From an uncultured Rikenellaceae bacterium (GTDB lineage: Bacteria; Bacteroidota; Bacteroidia; Bacteroidales; Rikenellaceae): 64,000 nt of DNA. Under the pieces are notes generated by a model. That model made no database searches and had not been told where the DNA came from. It saw nothing but the letters and a program-made list of their open reading frames with translations. The stretch is from contig CAYJCU010000002.1 of the NCBI GenBank assembly GCA_964368765.1, forward strand, positions 1,310 to 65,309, given 5' to 3'. Below, piece after piece: positions 46,770 through 56,431 of the stretch. Made by a program: the position numbers and the translations under genes. Position 1 is the first letter of the stretch. Each line of letters begins with the position of its first letter.

Positions 46770-49700
46770 TTATTCTTGGATTGAGCGGACTGAAAACCCA
46801 TAGGAACGGAGGCTACTGCTGGTTGGGTACACGATTGTGCCGGTGAGGATCAAGTATTGCCCATCGTTACTAGAGCCTGGCGCTGCACTCCAGTTGCACC
46901 CATAGCCGTTTCCATAGTCCAGACTGGCGTCGTTGGCGTCGAGCCTGCCCGGAGCAGGGAAATAAACAAAATTTTTATAAATACGCCCATAATCATATCC
47001 ATTAGGTATAGGACTTAAATAACGTGTCCAAAGAAAGGTGTAGTTCTGAGGGTTAGTTTGTTCATTATTTTGATTATTGCCAGTAAACGCTGCCCACGTA
47101 CCATTAACAGGAACTCTAAACCCTAAAGGCGATGGGTCGAAAATAGACTTTCCAGTGCTATATTCTGATCTTATTACCTTATAATCATTCCATAGACAAT
47201 TTGTTGATAGTGCATTAGATTCATTACTCCAATTGCTATTGCTAGTAATAAATTTATCAGGGTTAATTACTGCATCAACAAAACTCTTCTGCCCAGGAGT
47301 ACTAACGATAGAAAAGCTGTGAAATGGATCTTTACGCCCAAACTGGTAATAAAGTGCTCCTTTGCCGCTATGCCCTGCATAAGTTGCTGAAATTGCCCCA
47401 ACGTTCCTGTCCATGATCAACTTATCTTCATAGATGCCGCCTTCTTTCCAAATAGTAAGTGCACCAACATTAACGGCATCATCATAACTATGCAGATCGC
47501 CACCAACAACTCCTACAGCCTGATTTAAGTCGGTTCGCTCTGGAGCTGCTGTGTAAGCTGTATTTCTGTATGGATTATATTTAGTTGCCCAACAGTGAAT
47601 AGACCATATAATAGTGCCACCTTTTTTGATGTTAATTACATAGTTCTGCTCCTCAAACCCTTTCGGCTGAACGACAAGGATTGCATTCTGTGCAGATACA
47701 TTGTTGGTTGCAGGTGAGTAGTTCTTTGCCACCTGAAGATCTGCAATATCAGGGTACACAACACCATCGTTCGTGCCATCATACCATGATAACTCAACTG
47801 AGTAGTCGTTATCATAGACCCACGACTCATCAGTGATGGTGTATAGCTCAGGGTCTGCCACTCCTGAATATTCACGCCAAAACTCATTCACTCTATCCTT
47901 TATCGGGATATAGAAGATAGTGGCATAGTCGGTATGAGGTGCTGTGATATAGCTATTTGCTACACGCAGACCATCTATCCCTCCATGAGTGGTAGAAAGT
48001 CCTGTCAGGTCACGCACAAACTCTTGGTTAGTGTAGTCTGTAATAACTGCACCGTCAAGCACTGTAAAGCTAAGGAGTTGTTTGTTAGCTGTGCCAATCT
48101 GGAGCGTTGCTGTACCCACCATCTCACTAGAGATTCTCAGGCGCAAACGCTTTTCGCCAAAAGATTTGTTCCAATCCTCTTTAGTGTTATATATCTTATC
48201 TGGTGTGCTAGTAGCATTGATAATCTCAATACCATCAGGAAGAATTAGTGTTGGGTTTGCAGTGGCAATATCGCCCTGCCCCTCATTGACTTGGTAAATA
48301 TCAAAATTGAAATCTACCTCATAACCTTCTGTGCTTTTTGTCCATGTAGGGTCGTTTGTGAAAGCCTCAGTAGGCATGTCGTAATCGGCAAAATACATGT
48401 GGCTCTTGGTTGAATATCTAGCATAGTAATAGTCTCTCTTTTCTATTGCTATACCAAAATCTAAATCTTGTTCGATAATCTCAAATCCTCCAATCTTAAT
48501 AGTCATATTTCTCTTAACTATCTGTGCCGTCTCGCCCTCACCATCACGCAGTGTCATCGTAACGGTTATCTCATCACGATCATTTGATCCAATATTACTC
48601 TCAGTATAGATTATCGTGCTATTTTCTTCACTCTTTGCAACATCACCAGTAGCTGCTGAAACAGATATATCTGTAAGTGGTACATTTGTCTCAAAAGGTA
48701 TGATAAATGTACGTTTTGTAGTGGAAGCACCATTTGCCTCACTCCATCCGTAGTGTCTTTTACCATCGGTGAGAGTGAAATATGCCTCAGAGGCCGAAAC
48801 GCTTGTTTGTGTATCTTCCCAATCCTCTAAAATAGCATCTGCCTCCCATGGAGAAGAACCTGAACTAGGGTTGAATTTAAGGTTATATGTGATACTCTTT
48901 CCTGCCTCCCATTTATTCTGTGGTAGGGTTATCTCATACTCTTTTAAAATACCATCTGGAACCGCCACCGTGTGATGAACATAAGATATTCTTAATGTTC
49001 TAGGTGTGTCAAAACTCTGAGGTATCATAAACAGAGCATTTTCGCCCGCTATGATATTTATCTTCTTTGTTGTTGGTGAATCATACGCAATAAAATCATT
49101 TTCTAGGTATGTAAGATCAGTTTCGCTATACACTGGGTTCGCATCCGACACGCCAGTTAAATTCCAATCAATATAGTCTGCACTAGATGTTGTACCCCCA
49201 GTAACAGTTTCAATAGTGGTCTCGGCCTTTTCAAAACTAAACTTACCACTCTGCTTAATACCATTGATAGCTATACCTGCAATACGAAATTTTTCTCCCG
49301 TAGGTAGATCAATACCCGTAGCTAGTTGAGCAGTGAACATAACCTTAGAGAGAGCATGCTTAAAAAAGAGCCCTACTGAACGTTTTGAAGGTTCGTTAGC
49401 TGCAAAATTATCTAGCTGATTGATAGTTATAGCATAGGTCAAATCTTTATGATCAACCATCTTCTCAGGAACAGTATATGTGAATGTAGGTAGCCCTGCA
49501 CTCTCTGCTGAAGATGGTGTATAGTCGTAGAGAGAGACATCATAGGGAGCAAAAGCCACAAAGGTGTGTTTATTACCCTGCGACCAATATTTATCAACGG
49601 TTGCTGTACCAGATACAGGGCTCGCCTCTACCTCCCAATCATAATATTCATCTCCACTACTATTACGAGACACTTTTGCCCAAAACATGTGATTGGGTAG

Positions 49701-49910
49701 TGATGTGTTTTCGTCATAATTTGCTGCGCCTGTCTGATAGCAGAGCATAGTCATATCATCTATATTGCTTGTAGTAACTACCGCCCCTTTTGTTGTAAAG
49801 CTAATTTTATTGCCATCCTCTTGCTGTAATTCTTCTCCCAAAATATCATCATTCTGGCAACTCAAAAGCGTTAGGCAAGCTGTAAGCATAGTTAAAAATA
49901 CTCTTTTCAT
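46770..49910 (-). CDS. Giant lipoprotein: fimbrillin (Mfa-like) N-domain + the same central and FISUMP-like C-terminal module
   Basis: 1046 aa with lipobox LLSCQND. Fimbrillin-like KDLTYAI...FFKHALSKVMFTAQL. VANSYITAP...WSIHCWATKYNPY, IMDRNVGA, YQFGRKDPF, ending YGFSVRSIQE. Confidence 0.6.
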   Translation of the reverse strand: MKRVFLTMLTACLTLLSCQNDDILGEELQQEDGNKISFTTKGAVVTTSNIDDMTMLCYQTGAANYDENTSLPNHMFWAKVSRNSSGDEYYDWEVEASPVSGTATVDKYWSQGNKHTFVAFAPYDVSLYDYTPSSAESAGLPTFTYTVPEKMVDHKDLTYAITINQLDNFAANEPSKRSVGLFFKHALSKVMFTAQLATGIDLPTGEKFRIAGIAINGIKQSGKFSFEKAETTIETVTGGTTSSADYIDWNLTGVSDANPVYSETDLTYLENDFIAYDSPTTKKINIIAGENALFMIPQSFDTPRTLRISYVHHTVAVPDGILKEYEITLPQNKWEAGKSITYNLKFNPSSGSSPWEADAILEDWEDTQTSVSASEAYFTLTDGKRHYGWSEANGASTTKRTFIIPFETNVPLTDISVSAATGDVAKSEENSTIIYTESNIGSNDRDEITVTMTLRDGEGETAQIVKRNMTIKIGGFEIIEQDLDFGIAIEKRDYYYARYSTKSHMYFADYDMPTEAFTNDPTWTKSTEGYEVDFNFDIYQVNEGQGDIATANPTLILPDGIEIINATSTPDKIYNTKEDWNKSFGEKRLRLRISSEMVGTATLQIGTANKQLLSFTVLDGAVITDYTNQEFVRDLTGLSTTHGGIDGLRVANSYITAPHTDYATIFYIPIKDRVNEFWREYSGVADPELYTITDESWVYDNDYSVELSWYDGTNDGVVYPDIADLQVAKNYSPATNNVSAQNAILVVQPKGFEEQNYVINIKKGGTIIWSIHCWATKYNPYRNTAYTAAPERTDLNQAVGVVGGDLHSYDDAVNVGALTIWKEGGIYEDKLIMDRNVGAISATYAGHSGKGALYYQFGRKDPFHSFSIVSTPGQKSFVDAVINPDKFITSNSNWSNESNALSTNCLWNDYKVIRSEYSTGKSIFDPSPLGFRVPVNGTWAAFTGNNQNNEQTNPQNYTFLWTRYLSPIPNGYDYGRIYKNFVYFPAPGRLDANDASLDYGNGYGCNWSAAPGSSNDGQYLILTGTIVYPTSSSLRSYGFSVRSIQE

Positions 49911-49926
49911 ATCTCTAATTACTTTT

Positions 49927-51450
49927 TTATTCTACATCAATAATTCCATCATAGATACCGTCACCTGTGACATTCTCCCACTCTTCAACCTCTACATCAA
50001 ACTTAATAATTAGATCCTCTACATCTAAAATCTCGTCATCCCACGGCTCAACAGTTACGGTAAACTCTATAATCATATCTTTTTTCTCTATATCTACGTA
50101 TAACGTGCGAGTAACAGTGCCAAAGGTAAGTGTTATCTTTATTCTATCGGTTAATATCTCTGTGATATTGTCTCGTGTATAGAATATCATCGACTTATCT
50201 GTATTAAGGACAAGTTCTCCATCTGTAGTAGCTGCTACCTTCTCTACCGCAATAGCTGTTGTAGGCAAATTAGTCTCATACTCTATCCCAATTGTCAGTC
50301 TTTCGGTGTCTGTTGTGTGATCCACCCAGTTATATGCTCGTGTGTTACCTGTTAGGTTGAAATACATTTCATCAAGCTCTAGCTCTATTTCTTTGTCATT
50401 CCATTTCTCATCTGATACAGCATCAAGGCGGATATAGTAGTTATCCTCTAAATCAATAGTAAATTGATAAACCATGCGCCTGCCCTTCAAAAGCTCGTGT
50501 TTTGGGGCTTTTATCTCTCTAGAAAAAGTTAATGTCTCACCCAAAGAGTTTATCACACTGTAATTGATAGTTACAATAATATCTTCATTCTCTAACTCCT
50601 GAGGAATAAGCATCATTGTTCCTGCATCGGTAATAAGCTCAGTATAGGTTGTTTTGTTGAGGGTTAGATTTTGTTTAAGCTGATCTGTGCCGCCTATTGT
50701 GTAGGTTTTTGATGTGTTCGTTGCATTAACTAAGTCCCACTCAAAACCATCTACTGTATATCTTCCTAAGCAACTGTTTACTCCATTTATCACATAGCTA
50801 ATCCCTGTTACCTGCACATTGGTAACACTCTCTTTGGGGCCGTCTACCTTAGCTGAGAATTTAATTTGGGTTAGTTGATGGTCGTATTGCAGAGATACAA
50901 CACCATCTGTCAATAGTGATTTATGTAATAGGCCCGTAGTAGTGGTTAAAAAATCTATCTGCTTATTCACCTCTGCATCTGGTGTGAATGCAATGGTTGG
51001 GTACCCCTTATCATCAATTTCACTTAATTCTATGCCATTATCACCCCTATTTATACTATGTGGAAAGTAACTGAAAAATTTTATTCTGTCTTCGGTGGCA
51101 TTAGGCCAGTATTTTGGTGGATTATAGTTCCATATATCCTCGCCCGTGTCGGTATCGAGTGTTACCGCTTGATTGTACATAAAACTAGGTGCTTCATTTT
51201 CAGGAACCCACACGCCGTTATAAAGAAAAAAAGCAAATACACCTATTGAGTTGCCATCTTCAAAGCCATTGGTGACAATATTACTACCCTTTGTTACGGC
51301 TCCTTCCCAGTTATCTTCGGAGATAAAACTAATAGCATTCTCGCTCGCTACATAAGAGTCGTCGGGCGAGTGCTGGCTATCTCCTTTTGAGCAAGCCGCC
51401 GCAAATAATGCTAATATTACTATCCATATTTTCATAATCTTCTTTTTCAT
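49927..51450 (-). CDS. Fimbrillin-family (Mfa-like) lipoprotein, first gene of the cluster
   Basis: 507 aa with lipobox AAACSKG. IDFLTTTTG...QYDHQLTQIKFSAKV fimbrillin-like block. Confidence 0.55.
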   Translation of the reverse strand: MKKKIMKIWIVILALFAAACSKGDSQHSPDDSYVASENAISFISEDNWEGAVTKGSNIVTNGFEDGNSIGVFAFFLYNGVWVPENEAPSFMYNQAVTLDTDTGEDIWNYNPPKYWPNATEDRIKFFSYFPHSINRGDNGIELSEIDDKGYPTIAFTPDAEVNKQIDFLTTTTGLLHKSLLTDGVVSLQYDHQLTQIKFSAKVDGPKESVTNVQVTGISYVINGVNSCLGRYTVDGFEWDLVNATNTSKTYTIGGTDQLKQNLTLNKTTYTELITDAGTMMLIPQELENEDIIVTINYSVINSLGETLTFSREIKAPKHELLKGRRMVYQFTIDLEDNYYIRLDAVSDEKWNDKEIELELDEMYFNLTGNTRAYNWVDHTTDTERLTIGIEYETNLPTTAIAVEKVAATTDGELVLNTDKSMIFYTRDNITEILTDRIKITLTFGTVTRTLYVDIEKKDMIIEFTVTVEPWDDEILDVEDLIIKFDVEVEEWENVTGDGIYDGIIDVE

Positions 51451-51608
51451 CTTTTTTTGTGTTGCTCATTCCACACAACAACAGTGCATGCAACAGTATA
51501 TTTCTTAGAATATTTTCTACATACTCTCAATACAAATCGCACATATATAACTGTACATTGTCGATTTTATTATATCTTATAATATTACTATTTTGCAATC
51601 TCTAAGTT

Positions 51609-51661
51609 ATCTATTTCGCCACAAAATTAATGATTTTTAGTTATATAATTGATATTTTTAT
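51609..51661 (-). promoter_or_regulatory. Second copy of the conserved upstream block; contains a -7-like TAATTTTG
   Basis: Same block as 41106..41158. The minus-strand TAnnTTTG box is at 51629-51622, about 170 nt upstream of ATG 51450. Confidence 0.45.
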
Positions 51662-51760
51662 TTAAAAATCACCTTTTATAGCTTCTCTTTTTGTCTATAT
51701 TAGTGATTTGCAATTGATTATTAAGTTTTAGGTCTTAACTTTCCCGAACTTCTTTATTTT

Positions 51761-52020
51761 GGATCAAGTTGAAATTCTTGTTGGTGGTGGATAAAAAGAT
51801 AACGATTCTAACGAATCGTGCGTCCACCGTGGAGAAATTATCACTCCGCTTCTCTACGTAATAATTTCTCTTTTAGGCGGTGGTGGACGCCGTGCCGTGC
51901 ACAGAAAAACAATTTCGCCTCATGCCGGCTGGGCACTCTTCCAGAGCGGTAGTTTTAGCCGAAATAAAGAGAGCGGTAAAATTTGATTTTGTTAGACCAC
52001 CCTAAAATTCAACTTGAGCC
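51761..52020. mobile_element. 260-bp MITE-like non-autonomous element (terminal inverted repeats, 8-bp flanking duplication, structured GC-rich interior)
   Basis: Left TIR ggatcaagttgaaatt (51761-) against right TIR ggctcaagttgaattt (reverse complement of 52020-), 14/16 matching and 18/25 when extended. tttatttt lies immediately outside both ends (51753-60 and 52021-28). Internal hairpins at 51802-19 and 51820-90. Confidence 0.55.
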
Positions 52021-52184
52021 TTTATTTTTTAGTTTACTATATATATATGTACAAATGAATGAAGGTGGCTAACAAATTTTCATTTGTTTTGCCACCTTCG
52101 GTGCCTAATAAATGTAGTAGTGAATGGTAAAGTTGTGGTTTTCACTTATTAGGCAACAAATCTCTACCTTTACCAAATATATTA

Positions 52185-53135
52185 TTAACTCAATTCAAGC
52201 ATTCTTATTATTGATTTACGTGCTTTTTCTATCAATTCAGTAGGTAATTCAACAATATTCTTGTTATAGTATAACGAATTATACACACTTTTTAGTGTTG
52301 TCATCTTCATATATCTGCAATAATCTTCATTATTTTCGCATGTTATCACTGCAGGTATAAACTCTTTGTTTGGTGATTGCTTACGCATTTGATGAAGGAT
52401 ACCCTTCTCAGTAGCTATAATAAATCTGTTATCCTCATTGTTCATCGTGTAGCTAAGCAGGTGCGATGTAGAACCAACAACATCTGCTAATTGTAATACA
52501 TCCTCGCCGCACTCAGGATGAGCTAACAATTTTACACCAGGATATTTTGCCAGCTGAGTCTTAATCTCACTCGCTTTATAGTCGTGATGGAAATGACATG
52601 CCCCATCCCATAAAATCATATCCTCTCGCCCTGATTCTCTCTTAACGTATGCACCTAAGTTCTTGTCTGGACCAAATATTATTTTTTTATCTTTTGGTAC
52701 AGAGTTTACTATCTTAATAGCATTACTTGAAGTACAAACTATATCGGTCAGTGCCTTAACTTCTGCAGTTGTATTTACGTATGATATAACAACGGCATCA
52801 GGGTGCTGCTCTGTGAATGCTTTAAATTTACTAGCCTCGCATGAATCAGCCAATGAACATCCCGCCTCTATCTCTGGAAGTAACACCAACTTTTCAGGAG
52901 AAAGTATCTTGGCTGTCTCTGCCATGAAATGCACCCCCGCAAATAGTATTACATCTGCTGTTGTCGTTGCAGCAATCTCGGATAGTGCTAAGCTGTCCCC
53001 TAAAAAATCTGCTACATCCTGAACTTCATCATTTGCGTAGTAGTGTGCTAGTATTATTGCATGACGCTCCTCTTTTAGCCTCTTAATCTCATTAATAAGA
53101 TCGTTCTTTGAAAGTTTCTCATTTTCCATATACAA
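52185..53135 (-). CDS. nadA: Quinolinate synthase
   Basis: 316 aa. ILAHYYANDEVQDVADFLGDSLALS and overall NadA-like sequence. Confidence 0.85.
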   Translation of the reverse strand: MYMENEKLSKNDLINEIKRLKEERHAIILAHYYANDEVQDVADFLGDSLALSEIAATTTADVILFAGVHFMAETAKILSPEKLVLLPEIEAGCSLADSCEASKFKAFTEQHPDAVVISYVNTTAEVKALTDIVCTSSNAIKIVNSVPKDKKIIFGPDKNLGAYVKRESGREDMILWDGACHFHHDYKASEIKTQLAKYPGVKLLAHPECGEDVLQLADVVGSTSHLLSYTMNNEDNRFIIATEKGILHQMRKQSPNKEFIPAVITCENNEDYCRYMKMTTLKSVYNSLYYNKNIVELPTELIEKARKSIIRMLELS

Positions 53136-53444
53136 AGTTATAAAAATTTTCTTTAATAACGAAATATATGATAAATAATTTTATGAGGTTATAACTTTTT
53201 TTTATTTTCGATATTATTTCTCTATCCAGTACAATATTTTTATTCGTTTTTTAGTTTTCTAGAAAATTATTTGTCAGAGATGTGGAAAGATTAAAATTTA
53301 GTTGCTATGTTATTGTGTGTGGCTACATAATTGATGTTTTATAGTATATTATATTTATTAGCTTTAACTATATTTAATACATTTTTTTATTTGAAATGCT
53401 GATTAATAGTTAAATAGCTTTAATAATCTAAAGATTTACTTTAT

Positions 53445-53987
53445 ATGAATTTTCTTGAATTGCTTATACTCGCATTCACATTAGGTATAGATGGATTTAT
53501 TTCACTACTTGTTTTGAGTAGTGTTTGTAAATATTCTGAAAAAAAATATTTTTATGTGATATTTTCGGTTGCTTTTTTTCACTTTGTGATGACGCTGGTA
53601 GGAGCCATTGTATCTAAAGCCTTGGTTGATTATATTAGTGAGTATGCGCATTATCTTTCAGCTGCGGTTTTCTCTTTCATAGGTATTAAGATGATGAAAG
53701 AGGCATTTGTTAATGATTCTCCATCATTCAAATTCTCATTCTCTGGAGTAATTCTGTTTAGTTATCTTTTATCGGTTGATGCGCTAGCTACTGGATTTTC
53801 GTTAGCTCTCTTAGGTGAAAATAGAGCTATATACTCTGCTCTTATTATTGCAGTAGGGGCACTAGTAATGTCGTATGCTGGGCATTTACTCGGGAAGAAA
53901 TGTTCCACGTGGAACACAAAATGGACACATATGATAGCTGGTCTGATAATGCTGATACTAGGAATACGGATAATATTTGGGAATTAG
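53445..53987 (+). CDS. mntP: Manganese efflux pump MntP-family membrane protein
   Basis: 180 aa, about 6 TM segments with an internal repeat; LGIDGF and SVDALATGFS motifs resemble MntP. Confidence 0.6.
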   Translation: MNFLELLILAFTLGIDGFISLLVLSSVCKYSEKKYFYVIFSVAFFHFVMTLVGAIVSKALVDYISEYAHYLSAAVFSFIGIKMMKEAFVNDSPSFKFSFSGVILFSYLLSVDALATGFSLALLGENRAIYSALIIAVGALVMSYAGHLLGKKCSTWNTKWTHMIAGLIMLILGIRIIFGN

Positions 53988-53992
53988 TTTTT

Positions 53993-54072
53993 AAACATTT
54001 TCGCCTTATGCCGGCGAGGCACTCTTCCAGAGCGGTTGATTTTGACGAAACAGAGTGATAAAATTTATCATA
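53993..54072. repeat. Solo copy of an ~80-nt module also present inside the MITE-like element (51905..51990)
   Basis: aaacattttcgccttatgccggcgaggcactcttccagagcggttgattttgacgaaa against aaacaatttcgcctcatgccggctgggcactcttccagagcggtagttttagccgaaa. Confidence 0.6.
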
Positions 54073-54075
54073 AAA

Positions 54076-54105
54076 CAAAGGGTTGCGATTTGTCGCAACC
54101 CTTTG
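54076..54105. terminator. Bidirectional hairpin terminator between convergent mntP and mnmG
   Basis: caaagggttgcga-tttg-tcgcaaccctttg, a 13-bp stem. Confidence 0.6.
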
Positions 54106-54107
54106 TT

Positions 54108-55979
54108 TTATCGGCCGAAATATACCAACAGCACATTAATATCAGCAGGGGAAACACCCGATATTCTAGATGCCTGACCTATCGTCTTAGGCGCAATCTT
54201 AGTTAGTTTCTGCCTTGCCTCTATAGATAGTGAGGTAAGAGAATTGAAATCGAAATTATCTGATATTTTGATACCCTCTAACCTAACAATCTTATCCGCT
54301 AACTCACGCTCTCTAGTGATATAACCTCCATATTTAAGTAATATATCTACACGCTCTATCTCATCATCAGTGATACCTCGCTCATTAACAATATCACCCA
54401 AATCTTTTAGTGCGCCAACTAATCCTAGAAGAGGTACTCCGTTACGTATAGCTATATCATATAGCTTGCGTTTCTGGGTTATCTTAGATTGATTTATACC
54501 CTCAAGATAGGGATTAATCTCATCCATAGACACGCTATAATCCTTGATATATTGCTGCAAGAAAATGATATTATCCTCTCGTCTAGCCATCTCTTTATAT
54601 CGCTCCTCACTAGCCAAACCTATCTCATAACCCTTTCTTGTTAATCTTATATCTGCATTATCTTGACGTAGTAGTATCCTATACTCTGCCCTGCTAGTGA
54701 ACATACGATATGGTTCATCTACACCCTTTGTAACTAAATCATCTATCAAAACACCTATATAAGCCTCATCACGAGATAGAATAATTTCAGGCTTGTTATT
54801 TAGTTTCTGGTGCGCATTGATAGCCGCCATTAGACCCTGAGCTGCCGCCTCCTCGTAACCCGTAGTTCCGTTAATCTGTCCTGCAAAATATAGGCTCTTA
54901 ACTGCCTTGGTCTCTAAGGTGTGGTGTAGCTGCGTAGGTGGGAAATAGTCATACTCTATCGCATAACCTGGTCTATATGCCTCAACACTCTCCATACCTT
55001 TTATCATACGTAATGCAGAAATCTGTACCTCCCACGGTAAAGACGACGAGAAACCATTAATATAGTACTCATTTGTATTATCTCCCTCAGGCTCTAAGAA
55101 TAACTGGTGCTCGTTTTTCTCCTCGAATATCTTTAGTTTATCCTCAATACTTGGGCAGTATCTAGGACCTCTTCCTGCTATGATACCATTGAAAAGTGGC
55201 GACTCATGGAACCCCTCTCTCAACCTATCATGCACCTCTTTAGTAGTATAAACTAGATAGCATGGTAACTGCTCAGTGACAGGTTTAATATCATCAAGAT
55301 ATGAAAATTTACGTGGTTCGTTATCTCCGTATTGTGGCAACATAACACTAAAATCTATTGTTCTAGCATCTAACCTAACAGGTGTTCCTGTCTTCATTCT
55401 ATCCACTTCAAAACCTCTTTCGGCAAGTTGTTTGCTAATACCGTGTGAGCTGCGATCACCCATTCTACCACCCTCTCCTTGGCGTAGGCCAATATGGATA
55501 ACACCACCCAAGAAAGTGCCGTTAGTGAGAATAACTGCCCCGGCCTCGAACTCTATGCCATACTCTGTCCTTACACCGCACACTCTATCGCCATCAAAAA
55601 GCAGCTCAACAACATTATCCTGCCATAGGTATAGATTATCGCACCTCTCAAGAGTCTCACGCCATAGGGCAGAGAATCTGAATTTATCACACTGCGCCCT
55701 TGGGCTCCACATAGCAGGCCCTTTAGACAGATTAAGCATTCTGAACTGTATGGTTGATTTATCTGTAATAACACCCATCTGCCCACCTAAAGCATCTATC
55801 TCACGCACTATCTGACCCTTTGCCACACCCCCAACAGCCGGGTTACACGACATGGCACCAAACTTAGTCATATCTATTGTTATAAGAAGTGTTTTAGAAC
55901 CCATCTTAGCGGCCGCATGTGCAGCTTCGCATCCAGCGTGCCCACCCCCTATAACTATTATATCATATTTAGCTCTCAT
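54108..55979 (-). CDS. mnmG: tRNA uridine 5-carboxymethylaminomethyl modification enzyme MnmG (GidA)
   Basis: I place the start at MRAKYDIIVIGGGHAGCEAA (cat at 55977-79), not the longer ORF to 56030. GidA-like throughout. Confidence 0.9.
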   Translation of the reverse strand: MRAKYDIIVIGGGHAGCEAAHAAAKMGSKTLLITIDMTKFGAMSCNPAVGGVAKGQIVREIDALGGQMGVITDKSTIQFRMLNLSKGPAMWSPRAQCDKFRFSALWRETLERCDNLYLWQDNVVELLFDGDRVCGVRTEYGIEFEAGAVILTNGTFLGGVIHIGLRQGEGGRMGDRSSHGISKQLAERGFEVDRMKTGTPVRLDARTIDFSVMLPQYGDNEPRKFSYLDDIKPVTEQLPCYLVYTTKEVHDRLREGFHESPLFNGIIAGRGPRYCPSIEDKLKIFEEKNEHQLFLEPEGDNTNEYYINGFSSSLPWEVQISALRMIKGMESVEAYRPGYAIEYDYFPPTQLHHTLETKAVKSLYFAGQINGTTGYEEAAAQGLMAAINAHQKLNNKPEIILSRDEAYIGVLIDDLVTKGVDEPYRMFTSRAEYRILLRQDNADIRLTRKGYEIGLASEERYKEMARREDNIIFLQQYIKDYSVSMDEINPYLEGINQSKITQKRKLYDIAIRNGVPLLGLVGALKDLGDIVNERGITDDEIERVDILLKYGGYITRERELADKIVRLEGIKISDNFDFNSLTSLSIEARQKLTKIAPKTIGQASRISGVSPADINVLLVYFGR

Positions 55980-56403
55980 ATCTCTGTAAATAATAATTCT
56001 CTTTTGAACGCATCTCATTACGCTCTTCATCTGTGCTATCTTTATACCCTAATAGATGAAGAACACCATGTATTATCACCCTCTTCAACTCCTCTTTAAA
56101 CTCTACCGAATAGTCGTTAGCATTCTTCGAAACTGTATCAATACTTATAAATAAATCCCCTGCTATTACACCTTCTTCAGGTATCTCATCAGAGTAGTCA
56201 AAAGTAATAATATCGGTGAAGTAGTCGTGCTGAAGATACTCTCTATTCATATTTAATATGTAGTTATCTGAACAGAATATAACAGAAATATCCTCACTAC
56301 TCTGCCCCTCTTCGTTAATTGTTCTCTCTATCCAATCAATAACTTTTGATGGGTTGTCTAGTGTGAAATCTATATCTTCACTATAAAAATTTATCTCTAC
56401 CAT
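55969..56403 (-). CDS. ybeY: rRNA maturation endoribonuclease YbeY
   Basis: 144 aa with zinc motif HGVLHLLGYKD. Confidence 0.85.
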   Translation of the reverse strand: MVEINFYSEDIDFTLDNPSKVIDWIERTINEEGQSSEDISVIFCSDNYILNMNREYLQHDYFTDIITFDYSDEIPEEGVIAGDLFISIDTVSKNANDYSVEFKEELKRVIIHGVLHLLGYKDSTDEERNEMRSKENYYLQRYES

Positions 56404-56431
56404 AATTGTAATGTTCCACGTGGAACTATTT

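Noticed and set aside
41229-49910. Diversity-generating retroelement targeting the lectin-like C-termini
   Set aside because: DGRs are known to target pilus-associated lectin-fold proteins in Bacteroides. However, the window holds no reverse transcriptase or Avd-like ORF, and I saw no template/variable repeat pair. The three C-termini differ by ordinary paralog divergence, not adenine-specific changes.
51761-52020. Invertible promoter (phase-variation switch) for the pilus-like operon
   Set aside because: Inverted repeats flanking ~230 bp upstream of a fimbrial operon suggested this. However, the segment is bracketed by an identical 8-bp duplication, which is typical of transposition. I found no TAnnTTTG promoter box inside it in either orientation. 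The promoter-like block lies outside it (51609-51661), and no recombinase gene is nearby. Read data could still overturn this.
53136-53444. yybP-ykoY manganese riboswitch upstream of mntP
   Set aside because: A riboswitch is expected by analogy with other bacteria. However, the 310-bp leader is AT-rich, and I could not find the conserved GC-rich helices or the GGGGAGUAG-type core.
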